A model generated the notes under the pieces. That model saw only the letters and a program-made list of their open reading frames with translations, was not told the origin of the DNA and did no database searches. This document shows, piece after piece, positions 17,155-25,826 of a stretch of 47,139 bases of DNA. Position 1 is the stretch's first letter; each line of letters begins with the position of its first letter. Origin of the DNA: an uncultured Planctomycetaceae bacterium (lineage in GTDB: Bacteria; Planctomycetota; Planctomycetia; Pirellulales; Thermoguttaceae); the NCBI GenBank assembly GCA_964487655.1, contig CAZASB010000002.1:1-47139 (forward strand). Direction: 5' to 3'. The translations under genes were made by a program, and so were the position numbers.

Positions 17155-18165
17155 CTACCCGGATACACCTGCCGTATGTTCATACTCTTCCACTTGATGG
17201 AAGGCTTGGGCAACCTCTTGACGGGCACCGAGATAGTAACAAACACCTATTAAAGCAATGAGAATTGTAATCATTCGGTAGACCAAACCAACCACGAGCC
17301 CCTTGGTTCCGGCGTCGGCAAGCTGGCTGTAGAGAAACTGAATGGTCCCTTCCTGCGGACCCGCAGGAAGGGGGATCACGCTCGCGACCGTACTCAACGG
17401 AACGACCACGAAATGCTCCGCCAGCGGCAGAGTGCGGTCGGGCAGGCCCAGGGCGATCAGGTAGATACCCACGGCAAGCAGGCAGTGGACGCCAACGCTC
17501 ATGATGCCTGACATCAGAAGCACGCCGGGCCGCTTGTGGTACATGCGGCTGGTCTCGATGAGTTTCTCGGCCATGTTGCCGAATCGTGGCGACCGGATGA
17601 GCGATTGGACGATGTGTCCGGTGCCTGCACCGACGTGAAACCATACTCCCACGCCCAGCGTTGCGACGGCGGTGACTCCCAAAGCTATGCGGCAAGCCCA
17701 GCGAATATCGACGTTTGCGTGGTTCTGGAACCCCAAAACGAGGATGGCCGTCGCGAGCACGACAAACACGACATAGAGGCCAACCACCCGATCGGCAACC
17801 ACCGAGGCCACCGCACGAGTGCGATGGTCCCTATGCTCCCTCGCCAACATCACCGCCTTGATCAAGTCGCCGCCAACGATTCCCATTGGCGCCAGATTGA
17901 ACAGGTAGCCCAGAAAACTGATCCGTAGCGCGTTACGGAGTGAAAGCGGCAGTTCGAGCGCATGGACCAGATACCACCAGCGAACCTGGGTAAGCAACAC
18001 GGCGACCGCGCACACGGCCCATGCCGCCAGCAGGAGCCGCCAGTTCTTCGGATCGCCCCGGAGCCGTCCGACGGCATCCGAATCGCGCAGAGCATCGTGA
18101 ACCAAATAGGCCAGAATGGCCACCGAAATGACGATCTTCAGAAACAGAATCAGGTGCTTTTTCAC
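17155..18165 (-). CDS. Polytopic membrane protein, UPF0104 / flippase-like (lysyl-PG synthase TM-region-like)
   Basis: GTG start at 18165 (MKKHLILFLKIVISVAILAYLV) with AAGGA upstream. There are about 8 hydrophobic segments. The family assignment rests on overall resemblance only. Confidence 0.5.
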   Translation of the reverse strand: MKKHLILFLKIVISVAILAYLVHDALRDSDAVGRLRGDPKNWRLLLAAWAVCAVAVLLTQVRWWYLVHALELPLSLRNALRISFLGYLFNLAPMGIVGGDLIKAVMLAREHRDHRTRAVASVVADRVVGLYVVFVVLATAILVLGFQNHANVDIRWACRIALGVTAVATLGVGVWFHVGAGTGHIVQSLIRSPRFGNMAEKLIETSRMYHKRPGVLLMSGIMSVGVHCLLAVGIYLIALGLPDRTLPLAEHFVVVPLSTVASVIPLPAGPQEGTIQFLYSQLADAGTKGLVVGLVYRMITILIALIGVCYYLGARQEVAQAFHQVEEYEHTAGVSG

Positions 18166-18366
18166 AGTTGTGTCCTTTTACGCCATTGCACCAAGACGAC
18201 TCGCTTGCGTCAAGGCATCCCTGCGGAATAGCTCAACCCCCCATAGACTGAGTTCATGCCGAGTTCGACTTGTCGAATTGGGGCGTTCTCTGGTACGCTA
18301 TGGAGCGGTTGTTCGGGAGTATCAACGAGGCAAAACAGGAAGGTGTGTGTGGTTGTGGCAAAATCC

Positions 18367-19512
18367 ATGGCGTCCAAGTCGGTACAGCACACGCGAAAAA
18401 CCGGATCGAAGTTCCGCGCATGGACGCCACGGTTCTGGCACGGCATGAACACCGCCGGCTGGTTTGGTCTGCTGGCAAGGAACCACTGTGCTATCGCGCC
18501 CCGCCGTTGGGCCATGGCGAGTATCATCACTGGGTTCGCGCCGTTTAATTTTTTCTTCTCTGTGCTTCAGCAGATGCGGTTCGGGCAGGCAATCGATCAG
18601 ACCGAGCTGGTTGACGATCCCGTGTTCGTCATCGGGCATTGGCGCAGCGGAACGACCTACCTGCACGAACTGCTAGTTCGCGACGAGCGGTTCACCTACC
18701 CGGGAACTTACGATGTGTTCGCTCCGAATCATTTCCTGGCGTCGGGAGCGTTTATTAAGCCGTGGGTGAAGTACCTGCTGCCCGCGACCCGGCCGATGGA
18801 CAACGTGGCCGCTGGCTGGGAACGGCCGCAAGAGGATGAGTTTGCTCTGTGCAGTCTGGGGCTGCGGTCGCCCTACTTGACCATCGCGTTTCCGAACCGG
18901 CCGCAAGATGGCGAGTACCTCGACATGGCCGACGTTTCCCCCGAGGCGTTGGCCCATTGGAAAAAGCGGTTCATCTGGTTCCTGAAGTGCCTGACCATCC
19001 GAGCGCGCAAGCGGATCGTTCTTAAGTCGCCGCCGCACACGGCGCGTGTCGGGGTGCTTCTGGACATGTTTCCCCGAGCGAGATTCATCCACATCGTGCG
19101 AGATCCATACGTACTCTTCCCCTCGACCATCAATCTCTGGTCGGCCCTGTACCGGGACCACGGTTTGCAGGTACCGCGGTTTAAGGGAATCGAAGAGCAA
19201 GTATTCAATACGTTCTGCCGCATGTACGAGGCGTTCGAGCGCGATCGTCCGCGCATTCCCCAAGGGCAGATTGCCGATGTGCGTTACGAGAATCTGGTGG
19301 CAAATCCCATGGCCGAGATGGAGCGGCTGTACCGGGAGCTTGACCTGGGCGATTTCGAGGCCGTTCGGCCCGCGCTCGAACCGTTTGTTGGCGAGCAGCG
19401 CGAGTTCAAGACCAACCGGTACGAAATTTCGCCCGAGCTGCGGCGAGAGATCACGCTTCGCTGGCGGCTTTACTTCGACCGGTACGGCTACCCATGCGAC
19501 AACGCGGACTGA
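18367..19512 (+). CDS. Sulfotransferase family protein
   Basis: PAPS-binding-like motif IGHWRSGTTYLHELL and KSPPHTARV. ATG at 18367; the upstream part of the ORF-track entry looks non-coding. Confidence 0.7.
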   Translation: MASKSVQHTRKTGSKFRAWTPRFWHGMNTAGWFGLLARNHCAIAPRRWAMASIITGFAPFNFFFSVLQQMRFGQAIDQTELVDDPVFVIGHWRSGTTYLHELLVRDERFTYPGTYDVFAPNHFLASGAFIKPWVKYLLPATRPMDNVAAGWERPQEDEFALCSLGLRSPYLTIAFPNRPQDGEYLDMADVSPEALAHWKKRFIWFLKCLTIRARKRIVLKSPPHTARVGVLLDMFPRARFIHIVRDPYVLFPSTINLWSALYRDHGLQVPRFKGIEEQVFNTFCRMYEAFERDRPRIPQGQIADVRYENLVANPMAEMERLYRELDLGDFEAVRPALEPFVGEQREFKTNRYEISPELRREITLRWRLYFDRYGYPCDNAD

Positions 19513-19616
19513 TTCGCTCCTGACTGACGCTTTGGGCGCGCGAGGCGAGCCTCGTTGTCATATTGGAAGAATCGAATGGATATTCACGTTTGCGTTTTTT
19601 CGTACAACCGCGGACC

Positions 19617-19690
19617 GTAACCGTTCACGGGGCGACGACGCCGTTTTCTCCGCTGTATGCGAAGGGGGCAGTCCCCTTGTGAACGGCTAC
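19617..19690 (+). mobile_element. MITE-like element, copy C (complete, 74 bp, diverged)
   Basis: GTAACCGTTCACGG...TTGTGAACGGCTAC, about 84% identical to copy B by hand alignment (63/75). A perfect 8-bp direct repeat CGCGGACC brackets it at 19609-19616 and 19691-19698. It is intergenic. Confidence 0.7.
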
Positions 19691-19879
19691 CGCGGACCAC
19701 TTCCTGAGAAAGCCCGGCGAAATGCGAGTAACGTTGAGGCACGCAGATCGGATCGACGCGTCTGGGCTTGCATTTCCCGTCCGAAAACGCAATTCTATCC
19801 GAAGATTTTTCTGCATTCAGAACTGCGGCGAGAAAGCAGGTTTCGCCAGTCTCGTCGCCTTGGAGCCGCAAAAACGCCG

Positions 19880-20761
19880 ATGTATATTCTGCTGCTGGTA
19901 TCCTGCGTCTGGGCGTTTTCGTTCGGGCTAATCGGTAATCGCCTAGCCGGCCTCGATCCCGCCGCCGTAGCGGTTGTGCGACTGGGGCTGTCGCTGCTGA
20001 TCTTTGCTCCGTTTGCATTCCGGTTTCGCATTGTCGCCCGCGATGCCCTTCGCCTGTTGCTGCTGGGGGGACTGCAGTTCGGGCTGATGTACGTGTTCTA
20101 CATCGCGAGTTTTCGCTTTCTCCCGTCGCACCGGGTGGCCCTGTTCACTATTTTCACTCCGCTGCATGTGGCTTTGCTCGCCTGGCTCGACGGGGACCGG
20201 CGTCCGGCCCGGCTGCTGCCCGCCGCCCTACTGGCGGTCGCCGGAACCGGCATCCTGGTCTGGCGCGTGCCGGATGCCGAACGGCAGTGGACGGGATTTT
20301 TCCTGGTTCAAGCTTCAAACCTGTGCTTTGCGCTGGGGCAGATCGGCTACCGGCGCCTGGCGCGCAAACTGCCGGGCATGCGCGACGCCCCCGTCATGGC
20401 CTGGATGTACGCCGGAGCGGTACTCGCCGCCCTACCTTTTGCCGCCTGGGGCTGGAATCCGGCCAACTTCGCCCCCGATCCCGGTCAATGGCTCGTGCTG
20501 GTCTACCTAGGCGTGATGGCTTCGGGAATCGGCTTCTGGCTTTGGAATCTCGGTGCCCGGCGCGCCCGGCTGGGCACGCTGGCGGTCATGAACAACGCCA
20601 AGATTCCCCTGGGCGTAGCCTTTTCGCTGATCTTCTTTCAGGAGCCCGCTTCGCTCTGGCGCCTGGCCCTGGCCGGCACCGCCATGCTGCTCGCCGTTTT
20701 CCTGTGCGAAACTAAATTTTCAACCCAAAACTGCTCTTGGAGAAAACCGCATGCGTTGTAA
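19880..20761 (+). CDS. EamA/DMT-family transporter
   Basis: From the ATG at 19880 there are about 10 hydrophobic helices in a two-fold EamA-like arrangement (MYILLLVSCVWAFSFG...; ...VMASGIGFWLWNLG...). The 571-aa ORF-track entry is a read-through of upstream non-coding DNA and the MITE. Confidence 0.7.
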   Translation: MYILLLVSCVWAFSFGLIGNRLAGLDPAAVAVVRLGLSLLIFAPFAFRFRIVARDALRLLLLGGLQFGLMYVFYIASFRFLPSHRVALFTIFTPLHVALLAWLDGDRRPARLLPAALLAVAGTGILVWRVPDAERQWTGFFLVQASNLCFALGQIGYRRLARKLPGMRDAPVMAWMYAGAVLAALPFAAWGWNPANFAPDPGQWLVLVYLGVMASGIGFWLWNLGARRARLGTLAVMNNAKIPLGVAFSLIFFQEPASLWRLALAGTAMLLAVFLCETKFSTQNCSWRKPHAL

Positions 20762-20883
20762 GCGCCCCAATATTCTGCTGGCTATCGCCAACGATTGGGT
20801 CCGGCGCAGCCGCTTGATCTCGCGCGGCGGAGCGACTCGCCGTGACACGCAGTTCCTTCTTTTAGCCATGGAGAACCCACGAT

Positions 20884-21480
20884 ATGAGCCGAACCGCGAT
20901 CCTCTCCATTGTCGCCGGTTGGCTTGCCCTGATCGCTTTGCCAGTGGCAACCGTTGCAGACCAGGCCCAGCGCCCGAACATCCTGTTTATCATGGCCGAC
21001 GACCATGCGGCCCAATCGCTTTTCTGCTATGGAAGCTACCGGAACAAGACGCCGAACCTCGACCGGTTGGCCGAGCAGGGGGTGTTATTCACCAACTGCT
21101 TTTGCACCAATTCGATTTGCGGTCCCAGCCGCGCGACCATCCTGACGAGCAAGTGCAGTCACCTGAACGGATTCGCTCGTAATTCGCACAAGTTCGACGG
21201 CAGCCAACAAACAGTCGCCAAGCTCATGCAAGCGATCGGCTACCAGACGGCCATGATTGGTATGATCAACAAGCACTATGGCGTGCGCACCGATCGGTAC
21301 AAGCTAATCTACTTCCATGAACTCGATGAGTGGGATCTGTACGATTTGCAGGAGGATCCGCGCGAACTGAACAGTGTTTACGGCGATCCGGCCTACGCCG
21401 CAGTGGTACAGGAGTTGAAGCGGGAATTGACTCGGTTACGCAAGCAGTACAAAGATGACGACAAAGTGGCGGTGCGGTAG
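20884..21480 (+). pseudogene. Sulfatase remnant with large in-frame internal deletion
   Basis: The N-terminal 125 aa are a normal sulfatase start: signal peptide, [37 protein letters not shown]. This is fused directly to the family's C-terminal 70 aa ([27 protein letters not shown]). The central roughly 280-300 aa, including GKWHLG, are missing. The junction lies near 21253-21275. Confidence 0.7.
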
Positions 21481-21498
21481 ACGTTTGCGAGAAGGGCA

Positions 21499-21528
21499 TT
21501 GCCGATTGGCATCGAAACATGGTATCAT
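21499..21528 (+). promoter_or_regulatory. Candidate sigma70-like promoter of parDE (TTGCCG-N18-TATCAT) containing the TGCC-N4-GGCA inverted repeat
   Basis: -35-like TTGCCG at 21499-21504 and -10-like TATCAT at 21523-21528, followed by AAGGAG and the ATG at 21551. This is pattern matching only. Confidence 0.3.
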
Positions 21529-21550
21529 CCCGGTAAGGAGAGAATAAGCC

Positions 21551-21790
21551 ATGTCTAACATCTTCCCGGAAGACGTCCAGCAGTTTGTCAAATACGAACT
21601 TGCGAGCGGCCATTACCGGTCGACGCAAGAAATGGTTCTTGAAGGCCTCCGGCTCCTCCAGCGAGAACGGACCGAAACGGCTGAAGCCATTTGTGCGGGG
21701 CTCCACGATTTTGAAGCCGGCCGGTTCCAAACACTCGATGAGGTATTTGCAGACCTTCGGCAAGAACTCGCTGCCCCAATTCGGAAATGA
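21551..21790 (+). CDS. parD: Type II antitoxin, ParD/CopG-like
   Basis: 79 aa. FVKYELASGHYRSTQEMVLEGLRLLQRER matches the ParD (COG3609) antitoxin pattern. The stop overlaps the toxin ATG (ATGA at 21787-21790). Confidence 0.8.
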   Translation: MSNIFPEDVQQFVKYELASGHYRSTQEMVLEGLRLLQRERTETAEAICAGLHDFEAGRFQTLDEVFADLRQELAAPIRK

Positions 21791-22125
21791 ACATCTATTC
21801 AGTGGTCATTTCTGCAACGGCGAAGGAGGACATCCGCGCCGGTTACAGGTGGGCTGCAGAACATGCCCCGGAAACGGCCGCCAAATGGTTGGACCGGTTC
21901 CATCAGGCTTTGGGTACACTGGCCACAAACCCACAACGATGCAGTATCGCTCCAGAAACGGAACTGGTGAAACGGGAAATTCGCCAGTTCCTCTGCGGAA
22001 GACGTCGTAATATCTGGCGAGCTTTATTCTGCATTGAGGACGGGCAGGTCCGAATACTCCACGTTCGGCGGGCTGCAAGGGATACGGCAAGCCGCGAAGA
22101 GCTTACTGATACCCGGGATTGGTAA
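21787..22125 (+). CDS. parE: Type II toxin, RelE/ParE family
   Basis: 112 aa. The pattern A..DI..GY.W, PETAAKWLDRF, and R.ALF.IEDGQVRILHVRRAARD is typical of ParE/RelE toxins. It has a 4-nt overlap with parD. Confidence 0.8.
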   Translation: MNIYSVVISATAKEDIRAGYRWAAEHAPETAAKWLDRFHQALGTLATNPQRCSIAPETELVKREIRQFLCGRRRNIWRALFCIEDGQVRILHVRRAARDTASREELTDTRDW

Positions 22126-22198
22126 CCGCTGTAACGTTGGATTCGAGACAATACCCGTGTAAAGGCACGAGCGGTGTCGACCTGTACGACAGTCGGCG

Positions 22199-23539
22199 TT
22201 AACCCGTGGTCGCCTCAATACCTGCCTCGGCGGCGGTGCAAATCCGATCGAGTTCATCCAATGTGATTGCCAAGGGCGGCATGAGAATGACGATATTGCC
22301 CAGCTGGCGGAGCAGGACGCCGAGATTTCGGGCATGTTGGCAGGCGAGGATGCCGCGCTGCTCGGTTCAGGAATAGGGCGCCATGGTTGCCCTGTCCCGC
22401 ACCATTTCAACGCCGGCGATCATGCCGCACTGGCGGACGAAACCGACGTGCGGAAGTTGGGCCATGGGTGCTAGGTGCGCCGCTAGGCGGTCCATCTTGG
22501 GCGGAAACTGAGCAAGCGTTTTTTCCTCGTCGAAGCCATCGAGCGTAGCGAGCGCCGCGGCGGCGCCCAATGGATTCCCGCCGTAGGTGTGTCCATGGAA
22601 AAACGTCTTCCCCTCGGCATAGTCGCCCAAGAAAGCGTTCCAAATCGCGTTGGTGGCAAGCGTGGCCGCCAAAGGCATATACCCGCCGTCAGCCCCTTGG
22701 CCAGGCATAGGAAGTTGGGCGATACGTCCTCGTGTTCGCAGGCGAACATCTTGCCGGTCCGGTCCATGCCAACGGCCACCTCGTCGGCAATGAGCAGGAC
22801 GTCGTACTTGCGCGTCAGTTCGCGCACGCCTCGCAGGTAGTCCGGCGGATGCACGATCATGCCGGCCGCCGCCTGCACGAGTGGTTCGATAATCATCGCG
22901 CCGATGGTTCTCTTGAAGAACGTGTTCGAGCTTCGCAAGGTGATGCGCCGCGAGTTCTTCGGACGTCACTCCCCCAGGCGGCCGAGAAGCGTCGGGCGGC
23001 GGCAAGCGGAGCACGTCGAACAACAGGGGCTGGAACATGGCGTGGAAGCGCTCGACTCCGCCAACGCTCATGCTGCCCAGCGTGTCGCTGTGGTAGGCAT
23101 CACCCAGGGTGATGTAGACGGTCTTTTCCGGGCGGGGATTGGCTCGCTGCCGCCAGTATTGGAAGGCCATTTTCAGGGCGACTTCGACGGCCGTGGCTCC
23201 GTCATCCGAGAAGAACACGTGCCCGAGACCCTCCGGCGCGAGGTCGACCAGTCGGCGAGCCAGCCTGATGGTGGTCGAGTTTGACGAGCCAAGGTTCGTC
23301 ACGTGAGCCACGCGGTCGAGTTGCTCGCGAATGGCCGCGTCGATCCGCGGATGGCGATGTCCGTGGATATTGCACCACAGGCTGCTTACGCCGTCGAGGT
23401 AACGGTTGCCATCAATATCGACGAGCGTACATCCCTCGCCGCGTTCCAGCAGCAGGGGCTCGTGTTCGACCATCTGGGTGAACGCGTTCCAAACCAGCGT
23501 TCGGTCCCATGTTTCAAGTTGTTCGCGTGTCGGTTTCAT
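22199..23539 (-). pseudogene. bioA: bioA (adenosylmethionine-8-amino-7-oxononanoate aminotransferase) disrupted by two frameshifts and an in-frame TGA
   Basis: The N-terminus (LVDIDGNRYLDGVSSLWCNIHGHRHP, SDDGATAVEVALKMAFQYW) is in the frame of ORF 22367-23539. The PLP-lysine core ([48 protein letters not shown]) is in the frame of ORF 22483-22938. [10 protein letters not shown]...[11 protein letters not shown] returns to the first frame. A TGA at 22367-22369 is followed in frame by TEQRGILACQHARNLGVLLRQLGNIVILMPPLAITLDEL, and the TAA stop is at 22199-22201. Confidence 0.75.
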
Positions 23540-24321
23540 TCCCAGGCAACGATCACCATCGCTCCAATTTCAATGCCGAGCCGACTCGCGGCGTTGTCGC
23601 CCACGACGGCCAGTTCGAGCTGGCCGCTCGATCCGATGAGCGCCGCAAGCGTGCCGGGCGGCTGATCGGCATAGCTGCCGTAGATGCCGAAGGTCTCGTA
23701 AATACTACAAATAATGCAGGCGCGTTCGTCTGTCGGACGACCTTCGAGCATGTCGACTGTAATGTTCGTGATCAGGTTGCCGAACGAATCGATCTGCTCG
23801 ACGACACCTTCGAGCCGCCGCTCGCTCCGATGCACCCTGAACCACTGGATGGCGAGCAGGCCCTCGTGGGGCGGGCCAAGCTGCTCGGGCGGCACGCCGC
23901 AGGCGACGTGTCCGGCCACCGGGGCCATGATGTCGCGGCCATGGAACGTGCCCGACACTTCGGAGAGCCAGAACCGTCGGTTGGCCAGACGAATTACGCG
24001 ATCCGGCAGCTCGCGCTCCGCCATGCGGCTGAGAAGCCCATTATCGGGCGCGATAAACTGCTGCCCGCCAATTTGGGCGTACACGATCGCTCGGTCGGTA
24101 CCTACGCCCGGATCGACCACGACCACATGGATCGTTCCTTTCGGGAACCGTGGGCAAACCGAGTCGAGCACCATGGCCGCATGGCGGATGTCCTGGGCCG
24201 GCACGTCGTGGGTCAGATCGACGAGCGTTGCTTCGGGGCAGATCGATAGGATTACCCCCTTCATGGCCGCAACGTACGGACTGCCGGTTCCGAAGTCAGT
24301 GGTTAGCGTAATGATGCTCAT
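23536..24321 (-). CDS. SAM hydrolase / SAM hydroxide adenosyltransferase family protein (DUF62)
   Basis: MSIITLTTDFGTGSPYVAAMKGV, VVVDPGVGT and GTFHGRDIMAPVAG are family motifs. ATG at 24321. The stop overlaps the bioA ATG (ATGA at 23536-23539). Confidence 0.8.
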   Translation of the reverse strand: MSIITLTTDFGTGSPYVAAMKGVILSICPEATLVDLTHDVPAQDIRHAAMVLDSVCPRFPKGTIHVVVVDPGVGTDRAIVYAQIGGQQFIAPDNGLLSRMAERELPDRVIRLANRRFWLSEVSGTFHGRDIMAPVAGHVACGVPPEQLGPPHEGLLAIQWFRVHRSERRLEGVVEQIDSFGNLITNITVDMLEGRPTDERACIICSIYETFGIYGSYADQPPGTLAALIGSSGQLELAVVGDNAASRLGIEIGAMVIVAWE

Positions 24322-24350
24322 AATGGCTCTTCCCACGATTCCGCACAGTG

Positions 24351-25826
24351 CTACATATCCGAAATCAATGCGAGGCACAACTGCTTCATTCGCCCGGGGT
24401 CCACGTTCGGATTACTCTTTTTGGCCTGCCCGATGAGCGAGCCGACGGCCTTTTCCTTGCCCTCTTTCACTTGCTGGACGACTTTAGGGTTGGCTTCGAG
24501 CAACTGCCGGCAAAGGGTCTCGAGGACCGAATCGTCGACCTTTTCGATTCCCAGCCGAGCCATGGCCTCGGACACGGAGCCACCTGCATCGATCATCTCG
24601 GCCAGGACCTCGCGCCCGCGACTGGTCGTCAGCTCGCCGGCCGTGACCGTTTTGAGCAGTAAGGCCAACTCGCCGGCCGATACGGGGAACGCCGCAATGG
24701 ATGCTTCCCGCTCGTTCAGCCAGCGGAGCACGTCCTGCTGAATCCAGTTTCCGGCCGCCTTGCCGTCGCCGCACGCGTCGGCCACGGCCACATAGTAGTC
24801 GATCAATGGACGGCCCTGGTTGACCAGTACGTCGGCATCGTAGGCCGTAATGCCATACGTGGCCTCCAGCCTCGCCCGCAGCGCCGCCGGCAACTCGCCC
24901 AGCCGTGCGCGAATCGATTCGACCTCCTCCTTCGTTATCGCCAGGGGCACCAGGTCCGGATTGGGGAAGTATCGATAATCGCTCGACTCCTCCTTCACCC
25001 GCTGCTCGTACGTCACCTGCCGATTCTCGTCCCAGCCGCGGGTAGTCTTGTACCCGCCGGGTGCGCCGAGGCGGACTCGGCGCTCTCGCCATAACTCATA
25101 CTGCCGCTCGGCCTCGTAGGCCAGAGCCCGCTCCACCGCGCGGAAGCTGTTCATGTTCTTCACTTCGACGATGGGCGTCGCGACCGTTCCTTCGGGCGTT
25201 TCGACGTGCAGGTTGATGTTTGCGTCGACCCGGAGAGAGCCCTCCTGCATGTTGCAGTCGCTCACGCCCAGATAGCCCAGCAGCAGTTTCAGCTCGGTCA
25301 GGTAGGCGCGGGCTTCGGCGGGGCTGGCCATGTCTGGTTCGCTAACAATTTCCAGAAGTGGCGTCCCAGCGCGGTTCAGATCGATGCGGCTGTCAGCCTT
25401 TCCAGTGGCCTCGTCGTGCATGCTCTTGCCGGCGTCTTCCTCCAAGTGAGCCCGCGTAATGCGTACGCGTTTCGGCTCGAATGCGCCCTTCGGATCGCTG
25501 ATTTCCAGCCAGCCGGCGTGGCTCAGCGGCAGGTCGAATTGGCTGATTTGATAGCCCTTGGGCAGGTCGGGGTAGAAATACTGCTTCCGGTCCCACTTAG
25601 TGAATCGGGGGATCGTGCAATTCAACGCCACGGCCGTACGGAGCGAGAGCCGTACCGCCTCGCGATTCATCACCGGTAGCGAGCCGGGCATACCGATGCA
25701 CACCGGGCACGTTTGCGTGTTGGGCGGCGCACCGAACTGTGTACTGCACCCGCAGAACAGCTTGCTGCGAGTAAGCAACTGCACATGCACTTCCAACCCG
25801 ATCACGATAGTATGGGGTTCGCTCAT
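24351..25826 (-). CDS. gatB: Asp/Glu-tRNA amidotransferase subunit B
   Basis: VIGLEVHVQLLTRSKLFCGCST...PNTQTCPVCIGMPGSLP and a C-terminal YqeY-like tail. The ATG at 25826 overlaps the gatA stop (ATGA). Confidence 0.9.
   Translation of the reverse strand: MSEPHTIVIGLEVHVQLLTRSKLFCGCSTQFGAPPNTQTCPVCIGMPGSLPVMNREAVRLSLRTAVALNCTIPRFTKWDRKQYFYPDLPKGYQISQFDLPLSHAGWLEISDPKGAFEPKRVRITRAHLEEDAGKSMHDEATGKADSRIDLNRAGTPLLEIVSEPDMASPAEARAYLTELKLLLGYLGVSDCNMQEGSLRVDANINLHVETPEGTVATPIVEVKNMNSFRAVERALAYEAERQYELWRERRVRLGAPGGYKTTRGWDENRQVTYEQRVKEESSDYRYFPNPDLVPLAITKEEVESIRARLGELPAALRARLEATYGITAYDADVLVNQGRPLIDYYVAVADACGDGKAAGNWIQQDVLRWLNEREASIAAFPVSAGELALLLKTVTAGELTTSRGREVLAEMIDAGGSVSEAMARLGIEKVDDSVLETLCRQLLEANPKVVQQVKEGKEKAVGSLIGQAKKSNPNVDPGRMKQLCLALISDM

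Noticed and set aside
19046-20761. The 571-aa ORF as a single protein, and the N-terminal extension of the SMP-30 ORF from 4977
   Set aside because: In both cases the upstream parts overlap another gene out of frame or read through the MITE. Only the C-terminal portions, from ATG 19880 and ATG 5124, have family features.
22367-22369. Selenocysteine or programmed recoding at the in-frame TGA of bioA
   Set aside because: The position corresponds to Trp in homologues, so TGG to TGA is the simple explanation. No obvious SECIS-like hairpin follows immediately. The same gene carries two frameshifts, so decay is more parsimonious.
22024-22410. 128-aa minus-strand ORF downstream of bioA
   Set aside because: It is an off-frame reading of the bioA C-terminal region. 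The adjacent frame gives the conserved LRQLGNIVILMPP BioA tail.
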